Source: a virus (taxonomy: Duplodnaviria; Heunggongvirae; Uroviricota; Caudoviricetes). From it: a stretch of DNA of 46,757 nt. How positions within the stretch are numbered: position 1 is the stretch's first letter; every line of letters begins with the position of its first letter. This document shows, piece after piece, positions 38,400 to 46,757 of this stretch. The position numbers and the translations under genes were made by a program. The DNA is taken from positions 1 through 46,757 of IMG/VR virus record IMGVR_UViG_2681813146_000008. One strand, given 5' to 3'. Below the pieces are notes generated by a model. That model did not search any database and was not told where the DNA came from. It saw only the letters and a program-made list of their open reading frames with translations.

Positions 38400-38900
38400 T
38401 CATTCCAGACGCAGCGAATATGATTGTGTTTTTAACCGTACTGGCGGCAGTTCCTGTTTTTCATGCAGGCTTTCTGCAAGCTCGTCCGGCGTGACCGGGC
38501 GGACAATGAAGCGGTTGATGGTCTGAAGCGTTTTAAACACCAGACCACAGCCCGGATCCGTGCACACATAAAAACGCTCGGTGACTTCCTGAGACAGACG
38601 CCGCGATGTTCTTGACAGCGCAAGGCCTTTACATCTCCGACAACAATATCCGGTAACAAGCATTCTTTTCGGGCGCTTCATGCTGCCGGAGGCTGACGTC
38701 AGTGAATCGCGGTATCTCTGTTTGCCTGAAATGTATTCCATTCCTGAATCTTTACAGTCAGAGAAAAAGCTTTCACTCGCTTCAAATGTCGCAGAGCAAT
38801 AAATATTCCGGCACTGTGCAATCATTATCTTGGTGCCATCGTCCATGAAATGTGCGCAACGGGTGTGAGCAACATGTCCACACGACGGGCAGTAAATCAT
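38400..38900 (-). CDS. delta: Delta late-gene transactivator (tandem Ogr-like zinc fingers)
   Basis: 166 aa with two Ogr-type zinc-finger units (CPSCGHVAHTR... and ...CCRRCKG...CTDPGCG). Confidence 0.9.
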   Translation of the reverse strand: MIYCPSCGHVAHTRCAHFMDDGTKIMIAQCRNIYCSATFEASESFFSDCKDSGMEYISGKQRYRDSLTSASGSMKRPKRMLVTGYCCRRCKGLALSRTSRRLSQEVTERFYVCTDPGCGLVFKTLQTINRFIVRPVTPDELAESLHEKQELPPVRLKTQSYSLRLE

Positions 38901-39631
38901 GACAGCAGTCCTCTGGCCTTAAGCTCTGCTCCCTGCTGGTCTATTTTGTCCTGCCACACCTTGCGCTGTGCCGGTGTGCCTGCCACCTCATAATCCATGT
39001 GCGGGAGTGTTGCCGCTGACAGTCCGGTCAGCCGGAGAACCGGCTCGCCGGTGAGGCTGATTTGCATCTGTTTTATTTTCTGTTCCAGCGATGATTTCAC
39101 CTGCTGCATGACAGCCTTATCGGGTGCGACGTAGCCCTGATGCCCGGTGGTGTTGGCGAGCGGATTTTCCTGTACCAGAATGCTCAGATGCATTGCCCGG
39201 ACAAGCGCCTCACAGGTTTCATTCAGGGCGTGTTCCAGCTCATGCTCTGCATACAGACTCAGAAGGTGATGATGTGCCTTCCGGTAGGCGGTGGCCGTGC
39301 TGTCACACGCCCCTTTCAGGCGTTCGCGTTCAAAATTCAGCACCACGGCCAGATTGTCATATTCCTGTACCAGCTCCCGGCGTGCCACGCGCTCAATGTG
39401 GCGCTGTTTCAGCTCGTCGCTCAGGACACCACCGGCTGCACGAAAGGCCGTGCGCCAGTCGTCAGCGTCGTTTCCGTCGGCCTGCGCCAGCGCATTTTTT
39501 TCCTGCTCTGCCCGTTCAATGGCCGTGACGGTCTCATCCATCAGTCGGGCGTTCTCAAGGTGGGCGGCTCTGGCCTTTTCCAGTTGTGCCAGTGCGGGTT
39601 GCAGATATTCAGGGATGGTGTTGTCAGACAT
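38897..39631 (-). CDS. sid: Sid capsid size determination (external scaffold) protein
   Basis: Start set at MSDNTIPEYL (AGGAG RBS), 244 aa as in P4 Sid; the track ORF extends to 39697. Confidence 0.85.
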   Translation of the reverse strand: MSDNTIPEYLQPALAQLEKARAAHLENARLMDETVTAIERAEQEKNALAQADGNDADDWRTAFRAAGGVLSDELKQRHIERVARRELVQEYDNLAVVLNFERERLKGACDSTATAYRKAHHHLLSLYAEHELEHALNETCEALVRAMHLSILVQENPLANTTGHQGYVAPDKAVMQQVKSSLEQKIKQMQISLTGEPVLRLTGLSAATLPHMDYEVAGTPAQRKVWQDKIDQQGAELKARGLLS

Positions 39632-39665
39632 TTTCCGGCTCCTCGTCACTTCAGGTTGAGAAAAT

Positions 39666-39721
39666 TGTGACGTACACCGGACAACAACACGACGCATTGC
39701 AGATGTGCCAGCCCTGACACA
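39666..39721. promoter_or_regulatory. Psid late promoter with two Delta/Ogr dyads (TGT-N12-ACA)
   Basis: TGTGACGTACACCGGACA (39666-39683) and TGTGCCAGCCCTGACACA (39704-39721), centres about 38 bp apart, 35-90 nt upstream of the sid start. Confidence 0.6.
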
Positions 39722-39801
39722 GGAGACTCATCCTCACACCGGCAAGCCAGGAAAAGGTCGCTGGAAAAAACGGCTTACTGTTTATTTTTTTTATATTTTA
39801 C

Positions 39802-39905
39802 TGTTCACCTCTGTTCACCATAAGAAAAAAGATAAGTAATACAGTAAGTTAAAGGGTGAACAATCGCAGTAATGACTGTTCACCGTCTGTTCACCACTGT
39901 TCACC
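39802..39905. repeat. Iteron cluster (six TGTTCACC octamers), candidate satellite ori
   Basis: Octamers at about 39802, 39812, 39877, 39888, 39898 (direct) and 39855 (inverted), mostly at 10-11 bp spacing. Confidence 0.7.
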
Positions 39906-40064
39906 CGTTGATGGGCTTTTTGTGCTGTTTATTACTGTTTGTTTTTATTAATTCGCCGGGAATGAATAAGAAAAAACGATTTGTATTTCACTATAAAAAT
40001 TACGAATTGCTTTAAGTGGCTTTAAATGACTTTAAGTGGAGATGAACAAAAAATACACAAGCAT

Positions 40065-40082
40065 TGTAAGGCTGCCGGAACA
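40065..40082. promoter_or_regulatory. Delta/Ogr-type dyad upstream of the alpha operon (PLL-like late promoter)
   Basis: TGTAAGGCTGCCGGAACA about 110 nt upstream of the first + strand gene. Confidence 0.4.
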
Positions 40083-40184
40083 AATCCCCCCTGTTGCGTC
40101 TGCTGAAAATATTCACAAAATAAAGCGCTACCCGAAGCCGGACGGACTTATCCGGTGCTGTATGGACATTAACGAGGTAGCCCG

Positions 40185-40451
40185 ATGCAAGCTGTTTTTT
40201 CTTCCCCGTCTCCCGCCCCTGTGACGCCACTGATGCCGCTGCCGGACATCACACAGGAGCGTTTTTTACGTCTTCCGGAAGTGATGCACCTGTGCGGCCT
40301 GTCACGCTCGACCATCTATGAACTCATCCGTAAGGGGGAATTTCCGCCGCAGGTGAGTCTTGGCGGTAAAAATGTGGCCTGGCTGCACTCTGAAGTCACC
40401 GCATGGATGGCCGGGCGCATTGCCGGACGCAAACGGGGGTACGACGCATGA
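40185..40451 (+). CDS. AlpA/Vis-family small HTH regulator
   Basis: 88-aa ORF with GAGG RBS; RLPEV...[11 protein letters not shown]...V.W pattern typical of AlpA-family regulators. Confidence 0.7.
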   Translation: MQAVFSSPSPAPVTPLMPLPDITQERFLRLPEVMHLCGLSRSTIYELIRKGEFPPQVSLGGKNVAWLHSEVTAWMAGRIAGRKRGYDA

Positions 40452-41047
40452 TGATGCCCGCTCTGCAAAAACTCCCTTTTTCTGGCTTGCCTTTTTCCGG
40501 CATTTGCGGATATAGTTTTTCCGCTGCCGCAAAATCGGCAGCCGGGCGTGAGAACCCGAGCAATTCACAGGCGACATATGACGCGCCACGCGTCTTTTTT
40601 TGTGTCGCAATCAATGCCACAGAGCGCCAGATTATGGTGTGGTGTGTGGTCAGTCGTGCAGATGGCATTCCGTGCATCCTGCCCGCGTCCGCTCATTATG
40701 CCGCAGAGTCAATGGTAGCTCAGGCGGGGCAGCCTCCGGGCTGGCCGGTATCCTGTGAAGCCGGTATTCTCACCCCCGTCTGGGCTATCGCCATCGAGCG
40801 TGAGAACTCCGGCGATAGCGTTATTTGCTATTCACAGGAGGCTGCCATCATGGCTACAACCCTTACCCCCTCACACCCTGAATTTGTCTTTGTGTTTGCG
40901 GCTGTCCGTCGCGCAGACCGTCATCCCCGTATCTGTATGCTTCGCACCGTCGCCGGTGATGAACGCAGCGCCCGCCGTTCCCTTGTCCGTGACTATGTGC
41001 TCTCCCTTGCTGCCCGTCTGCCGGTGATGGGGGTGTCCCGTGCGTAA
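40448..41047 (+). CDS. Hypothetical protein (199 aa)
   Basis: ATG overlapping the upstream stop; length matches a P4 alpha-operon ORF; no recognisable motif. Confidence 0.45.
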   Translation: MMMPALQKLPFSGLPFSGICGYSFSAAAKSAAGRENPSNSQATYDAPRVFFCVAINATERQIMVWCVVSRADGIPCILPASAHYAAESMVAQAGQPPGWPVSCEAGILTPVWAIAIERENSGDSVICYSQEAAIMATTLTPSHPEFVFVFAAVRRADRHPRICMLRTVAGDERSARRSLVRDYVLSLAARLPVMGVSRA

Positions 41048-41327
41048 TAAAAAAGCCCCTCAGACCGTCTCAGCGCGTCATGACGCCCGTGAACACCTCA
41101 GCATTGAGGCTTACCATAAGCTCAACCGCGCCAGCGCCGTATCCCAGTTTGTTGGGGGTGATTTGATTCACCGTGAACTCTCCGGCCTGCATCAGCTCTA
41201 CATTCCGCATATTTTCAGCTACCTGAATGAAGATATTGATTTTGTGCTGAATGAGCTGAAAGCCAAAGGCCTGTGCCGCGATTTTCTCGCCCAGCAGAAA
41301 GACCGGGGAGACAGGACGCATGTTTGA
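41040..41327 (+). CDS. Hypothetical protein (95 aa; position of P4 epsilon)
   Basis: 95-aa ORF in the operon leading to alpha; the epsilon assignment is positional only. Confidence 0.5.
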   Translation: MRNKKAPQTVSARHDAREHLSIEAYHKLNRASAVSQFVGGDLIHRELSGLHQLYIPHIFSYLNEDIDFVLNELKAKGLCRDFLAQQKDRGDRTHV

Positions 41328-41775
41328 TTTTCCCCAGCCCGGTGAGATTTACCGTTCTGCCGGTTTTCCCGATGTGGCCGTGGTCGGCATTCTGGAAGAC
41401 GGTATTCCGTGGGAAATGCCGTACCGCTGCCCGGACATTGTCTGGAATCCGTACCGCCGTAAATTCAGTATCCTTGTGCGTATCCTCGCTGACGGGCGCA
41501 CCACAGACATCCCGCTGGGGCGTTTTCTGCGGGAATTTACCTGTGACCGTCCTGACCTGTTCAAACGCAGCCCCGTAAACCGGCATGCGGTACTGAAAGA
41601 AATGGCCGGAGACCCGGAATTACAGAAATGGCGGGAGAAATATCTGGATATTTACCCGCAGGACCCTGTTCCGGTCAGCCGGGCGGCACCGGTGGCGCGG
41701 GAATGGCGGGAAATTCCCCGCACGGAGCCTGACCCGGAAACCACCCCGGATAACAGTTACCGCAATTATCTGTAA
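41320..41775 (+). CDS. Hypothetical protein (151 aa)
   Basis: Overlapping start with the previous ORF; same length as the P4 ORF preceding alpha. Confidence 0.55.
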   Translation: MFDFPQPGEIYRSAGFPDVAVVGILEDGIPWEMPYRCPDIVWNPYRRKFSILVRILADGRTTDIPLGRFLREFTCDRPDLFKRSPVNRHAVLKEMAGDPELQKWREKYLDIYPQDPVPVSRAAPVAREWREIPRTEPDPETTPDNSYRNYL

Positions 41776-41910
41776 TTAAAAAACGACACCCGAAAAATTA
41801 AATGTGCGTATTCGCGCAGGGATACGCACGTCTTCAGGAGACGCAGATATGCCTTATCAGTTAATGCAACCGGCACGGAATGCAGTCATCTGTCACAGGG
41901 AGGAAAGCAA

Positions 41911-42231
41911 ATGAAAACACCCTTACCGCCCGTCTTACGCGCAGCCCTTTACCGTCGCGCTGTCGCCTGTGCCTGGCTGACCGTGTGCGAACGTCAGCAC
42001 CGCTACCCGCATCTCACCCTTGAGTCACTGGAGGCGGCCATCGCCGCTGAGCTGGAGGGCTTTTATCTGCGCCAGCACGGTGAGGAAAAAGGGCGTCAGA
42101 TAGCCTGTGCCCTGCTGGAAGATTTAATGGAATCCGGCCCCCTGAAGGCCGCGCCGTCGCTGTCCTTTCTCGGGCTGGTTGTGATGGATGAACTCTGTGC
42201 CCGTCACATAAAAGCGCCGGTACTGCACTGA
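41911..42231 (+). CDS. Hypothetical protein (106 aa)
   Basis: ORF immediately upstream of alpha. Confidence 0.55.
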
Positions 42232-42245
42232 AGGAGAACAACACC

Positions 42246-44579
42246 ATGAAAATGAACGTAACCGCCACCGTCAGCCATGCGCTCGGCCACTGGCCGCGTA
42301 TTCTCCCGGCGCTGGGGATTCAGGTGCTGAAGAACCGTCATCAGCCCTGTCCGGTCTGTGGCGGGAGTGACCGCTTCCGTTTTGATGACAGGGAGGGGCG
42401 CGGCACCTGGTACTGCAATCAGTGTGGTGCCGGTGACGGCCTGAAACTGGTTGAAAAGGTGTTTGGTGTTTCCCCGTCCGACGCGGCCGCAAAGGTGGCT
42501 GCCGTGACCGGCAGCCTGCCACCGGCTGACCCGGCAGTGACGACCGCCGCCGTTGCTGAAACAGACGCTGCCCGGAAGAACGCCGCCGCACTGGCACAAA
42601 CCCTGATGGCGAAAACCTGTCCCGGAACCGGTAACGCCTACCTGACCCGCAAGGGCTTTCCCGGCCGGGAATGCCGGATGCTGACCGGCACACACAGAGC
42701 CGGTGGCGTGAGCTGGCGCGCCGGTGACCTTGTGGTGCCACTGTATGACGACAGCGGCGAACTGGTTAACCTTCAGTTAATCAGTGCTGACGGCCGTAAG
42801 CGCACCCTGAAAGGCGGACAGGTCAGGGGCACCTGTCACACCCTTGAAGGACAGAATCAGGCAGGAAAACGTCTGTGGATAGCGGAGGGATACGCGACCG
42901 CACTTACCGTGCATCACCTGACCGGTGAAACGGTGATGGTGGCGCTTTCTTCCGTGAACCTCCTTTCTCTGGCCAGCCTTGCCCGACAGAAGTATCCGGC
43001 CTGTCAGATTGTCCTTGCCGCAGACCGTGACCTCAGCGGTGACGGCCAGACAAAAGCCGCCGCAGCCGCAGATGCGTGTGAGGGCGTTGTTGCCCTGCCG
43101 CCGGTCTTCGGTGACTGGAATGATGCCTTCACGCAGTACGGCGGGGAGGCCACCCGTAAGGCCATTTACGATGCCATCCGGCCACCGGCTGAAAGCCCGT
43201 TCGACACCATGAGCGAAGCGGAGTTTTCCGCCATGAGTACCAGCGAAAAGGCCATGCGTATCTATGAGCATTACGGCGAGGCGCTCGCGGTCGATGCCAA
43301 CGGCCAGCTTCTGTCCCGTTATGAAAATGGTGTCTGGAAGGTGCTGCCACCACAGGACTTTGCCCGGGATGTGGCCGGGCTGTTTCAGCGGCTGCGCGCG
43401 CCGTTCTCCTCCGGGAAGGTGGCCTCCGTGGTGGACACCCTGAAGCTGATTATTCCGCAACAGGAAGCCCCCTCCCGCCGCCTGATTGGCTTTCGTAACG
43501 GCGTGCTCGACACGCAGAACGGCACGTTCCACCCGCACAGTCCGTCACACTGGATGCGCACCCTGTGCGATGTGGATTTCACCCCGCCGGTGGAAGGTGA
43601 AACGCTGGAAACCCACGCTCCCGCGTTCTGGCGCTGGCTTGACCGTGCCGCCGGTGGCCGTGCGGAAAAACGCGACGTGATTCTGGCCGCACTGTTTATG
43701 GTGCTGGCAAACCGCTACGACTGGCAGCTCTTTCTGGAGGTGACCGGTCCCGGCGGCAGCGGCAAAAGTATCATGGCCGAAATAGCCACCCTGCTGGCTG
43801 GTGAGGATAACGCCACGTCGGCCACCATCGAGACGCTGGAATCCCCGCGTGAACGTGCCGCGTTAACTGGCTTCTCACTGATACGCCTGCCGGACCAGGA
43901 AAAATGGAGCGGCGACGGAGCCGGACTCAAGGCCATCACCGGCGGCGATGCGGTGTCCGTTGACCCGAAATACCGGGATGCGTACTCCACGCACATCCCG
44001 GCGGTAATTCTGGCCGTGAACAATAACCCGATGCGCTTCACCGACCGCAGCGGCGGCGTGTCACGCCGGCGGGTGATTATTCACTTCCCGGAACAGATAG
44101 CCCCGCAGGAGCGCGACCCGCAGCTTAAGGACAAAATCACCCGCGAGCTGGCGGTCATCGTGCGTCACCTGATGCAGAAGTTCAGCGACCCGATGCTCGC
44201 CCGGTCACTGCTTCAGTCCCAGCAGAACTCAGACGAGGCACTGAACATCAAACGGGATGCCGACCCGACGTTTGATTTTATCGGCTATCTGGAAACCCTG
44301 CCGCAGACCAGCGGCATGTATATGGGGAACGCCAGTATCATCCCGCGTAATTACCGTAAATACCTCTATCACGCCTATCTGGCCTACATGGAGGCAAACG
44401 GCTACCGGAATGTACTCAGTCTGAAAATGTTCGGGCTGGGGCTGCCGGTGATGCTGAAGGAATACGGACTGAATTACGAGAAGCGCCATACCAAACAGGG
44501 GATACAGACCAACCTGACGCTGAAAGAGGAAAGCTACGGCGACTGGCTGCCAAAATGTGACGACCCTGCAACAACCTGA
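42246..44579 (+). CDS. alpha: Alpha primase-helicase replication protein
   Basis: 777 aa; N-terminal zinc-binding primase motif CPVCGGSDRFRFDD...YCNQCG; Walker A GPGGSGKS in the helicase region. Confidence 0.92.
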   Translation: MKMNVTATVSHALGHWPRILPALGIQVLKNRHQPCPVCGGSDRFRFDDREGRGTWYCNQCGAGDGLKLVEKVFGVSPSDAAAKVAAVTGSLPPADPAVTTAAVAETDAARKNAAALAQTLMAKTCPGTGNAYLTRKGFPGRECRMLTGTHRAGGVSWRAGDLVVPLYDDSGELVNLQLISADGRKRTLKGGQVRGTCHTLEGQNQAGKRLWIAEGYATALTVHHLTGETVMVALSSVNLLSLASLARQKYPACQIVLAADRDLSGDGQTKAAAAADACEGVVALPPVFGDWNDAFTQYGGEATRKAIYDAIRPPAESPFDTMSEAEFSAMSTSEKAMRIYEHYGEALAVDANGQLLSRYENGVWKVLPPQDFARDVAGLFQRLRAPFSSGKVASVVDTLKLIIPQQEAPSRRLIGFRNGVLDTQNGTFHPHSPSHWMRTLCDVDFTPPVEGETLETHAPAFWRWLDRAAGGRAEKRDVILAALFMVLANRYDWQLFLEVTGPGGSGKSIMAEIATLLAGEDNATSATIETLESPRERAALTGFSLIRLPDQEKWSGDGAGLKAITGGDAVSVDPKYRDAYSTHIPAVILAVNNNPMRFTDRSGGVSRRRVIIHFPEQIAPQERDPQLKDKITRELAVIVRHLMQKFSDPMLARSLLQSQQNSDEALNIKRDADPTFDFIGYLETLPQTSGMYMGNASIIPRNYRKYLYHAYLAYMEANGYRNVLSLKMFGLGLPVMLKEYGLNYEKRHTKQGIQTNLTLKEESYGDWLPKCDDPATT

Positions 44580-44595
44580 CCATCATGACTCATCT

Positions 44596-44619
44596 GACCG
44601 GCATCTGCCGGTCTTTTTT
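44596..44619 (+). terminator. Intrinsic terminator after alpha
   Basis: Perfect hairpin gaccggca-tc-tgccggtc followed by tttttt. Confidence 0.7.
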
Positions 44620-44633
44620 CATCCCTGAATCCC

Positions 44634-44938
44634 CCGAAGGTGAACAATCCAGTGTTCACCCTTCACCGTATGTTCACCCGTTATCACACTGAAATTAAAA
44701 GAGAAAAACGAAAGGTGAACAGTGTGAACAATCAAATCAAAAAAAACTTTTTTTCTTCCTGTGTGATTTTCAGTGCGGAGGATTAATCGCCGGTATGAGT
44801 CACACCGGCAGAATGCCGGAGGTGAAGAATCGAATGTTCACCCTTCACCCATTATTTACCACCTATCCAACTGAAATAAAAGGAAAAAACAGAAAGGTGA
44901 ACAGTGTGAACAGTTCTTCCGAAAAAAAATTTTTTTCC
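44634..44938. repeat. crr-like region: two ~120-bp imperfect direct repeats, each with TGTTCACC/GGTGAACA octamers
   Basis: Unit A about 44634-44757 and unit B about 44816-44938; octamers at about 44639, 44653, 44671, 44714 and 44835, 44896 plus degenerate copies; each unit ends in an A-run/T-run. Confidence 0.7.
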
Positions 44939-45082
44939 TGTACGATATAGCATCAATCCAAGTAAAAATGCGCTTTCATTTCACATTAACTTACAGCCAT
45001 TGGTATACGATTAGGTATACGCACAAAAACTGAATTAAACAAAATCATTAAAAATCAAAGCAATACAATATTTATTCAAACT

Positions 45083-45104
45083 CCGCCAGCTCCACCAATC
45101 ATGA
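45083..45104 (+). repeat. Degenerate att repeat at the right end of the satellite
   Basis: ccgccagctccaccaa-tcatga matches the ssrA 3' end with two single-base deletions. Confidence 0.6.
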
Positions 45105-45226
45105 TTGGACGGTGTAAGGACTACACCAACAAAAACAGGAAGTTATAAGTCTCAGCAGGACACCGACCAGACGGTGAGGAGACAAAAAAGGATACGCAAC
45201 GGAGTCGCGACTCCCTATGACATTAA

Positions 45227-45249
45227 AGCCCGCTGATGCGGGCTTTTTT
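45227..45249 (+). terminator. Intrinsic terminator in the host junction region
   Basis: agcccgc-tgat-gcgggct followed by T6; a perfect 14-bp palindrome ggagtcgcgactcc lies just upstream (45201-45214). Confidence 0.5.
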
Positions 45250-45680
45250 ATTGGTCCTGACCCGCCCTGAATAGAATTCATCCAATTACAGTCCAGACAT
45301 ATACAGTATCCCTCAGCTCAGTATCAGCTTCTCGACAAATGGTCACTGTTATTTACCCGTTGCCAGAAAGAGAATAATTTGCTCCCATAGCCAGCCTTCC
45401 CGGAATCTGTATATTCATTAATATTGTTATCGATTCCATCAAGTAACATAGGTTGGATGCGATTGATCTTACTCACATTAGTCGACACGGAACTCAGTAA
45501 GTTGAACTCTGGAAAAGCAGTTTAAATAGCATTTAAACAAATGCCACCAGTTCGAAAAAGAGTATAAGCACACTTAATATATTGTTTTAATTATTCATTT
45601 CCTTTCAACCCAATTCTTATCCCTCACATTATTTGTTATTAATTTGTTATTTTTGATCACAATAAGAAAACAATATGTAA

Positions 45681-46757
<1,077 letters not shown>

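Larger units (their letters stand above)
33316..45104. mobile_element. P4-like phage satellite integrated in tandem at ssrA
   Basis: P4-type int, sid-delta-psu, P2/P4 cos 19-mer, TGTTCACC iterons, 777-aa alpha; right end marked by a degenerate copy of the ssrA 3' end. Confidence 0.88.

Noticed and set aside
40403-41047. Longer 214-aa version of the ORF starting at 40403
   Set aside because: The upstream extension overlaps the AlpA-like gene; the in-frame ATG at 40448 overlapping that gene's stop gives a 199-aa product and is the more plausible start.
42777-43538. 253-aa ORF on the - strand
   Set aside because: Antisense within the alpha primase-helicase gene; no RBS or promoter context.
44634-44938. 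Possible CRISPR array suggested by repeated TGTTCACC/GGTGAACA units
   Set aside because: Repeats are 8 bp, in both orientations, with irregular spacing and no uniform spacers or leader; they are better explained as replication iterons.
45099-45281. 60-aa ORF on the - strand at the host junction
   Set aside because: Overlaps the degenerate att repeat, a palindrome and a terminator hairpin; no RBS; likely non-coding.

Overview
Enterobacterial (E. coli-like) chromosome at the smpB-ssrA locus carrying two tandem integrative elements, then core csiD. (1) smpB (1-483) and tmRNA ssrA (697-1059). (2) A ~32.3 kb P2-family prophage with 186-like regulation (1015-33315) inserted in the ssrA 3' end, bounded by a perfect 48-bp direct repeat. 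It encodes a complete P2-type tail/baseplate/lysis/capsid/terminase set, a serine-invertase tail-fibre switch, an SOS-box-controlled DinI-like operon, a cos site, replication gene A, Dam, and CII-Apl-CI-Int. Three cargo genes sit at its edges: a WYL/BRCT-like ORF beside ogr, a HAD-like ORF between portal and cos, and an AT-rich 406-aa ORF between int and the att repeat. (3) A ~11.8 kb P4-like satellite (33316-45104) with int, sid-delta-psu, an exact P2/P4 cos 19-mer, TGTTCACC iteron clusters and a 777-aa alpha primase-helicase. Its gop-beta-cII position is occupied by one AT-rich 913-aa ORF with Mrr-like nuclease and P-loop NTPase motifs, which is the strongest candidate for an undescribed antiviral system. 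(4) csiD/glaH (45780-46757). CDS coordinates come from the ORF track; coordinates of short sites were read from the sequence and may be off by 1-2 nt. All family assignments rest on motifs and remembered homologues, not on searches.
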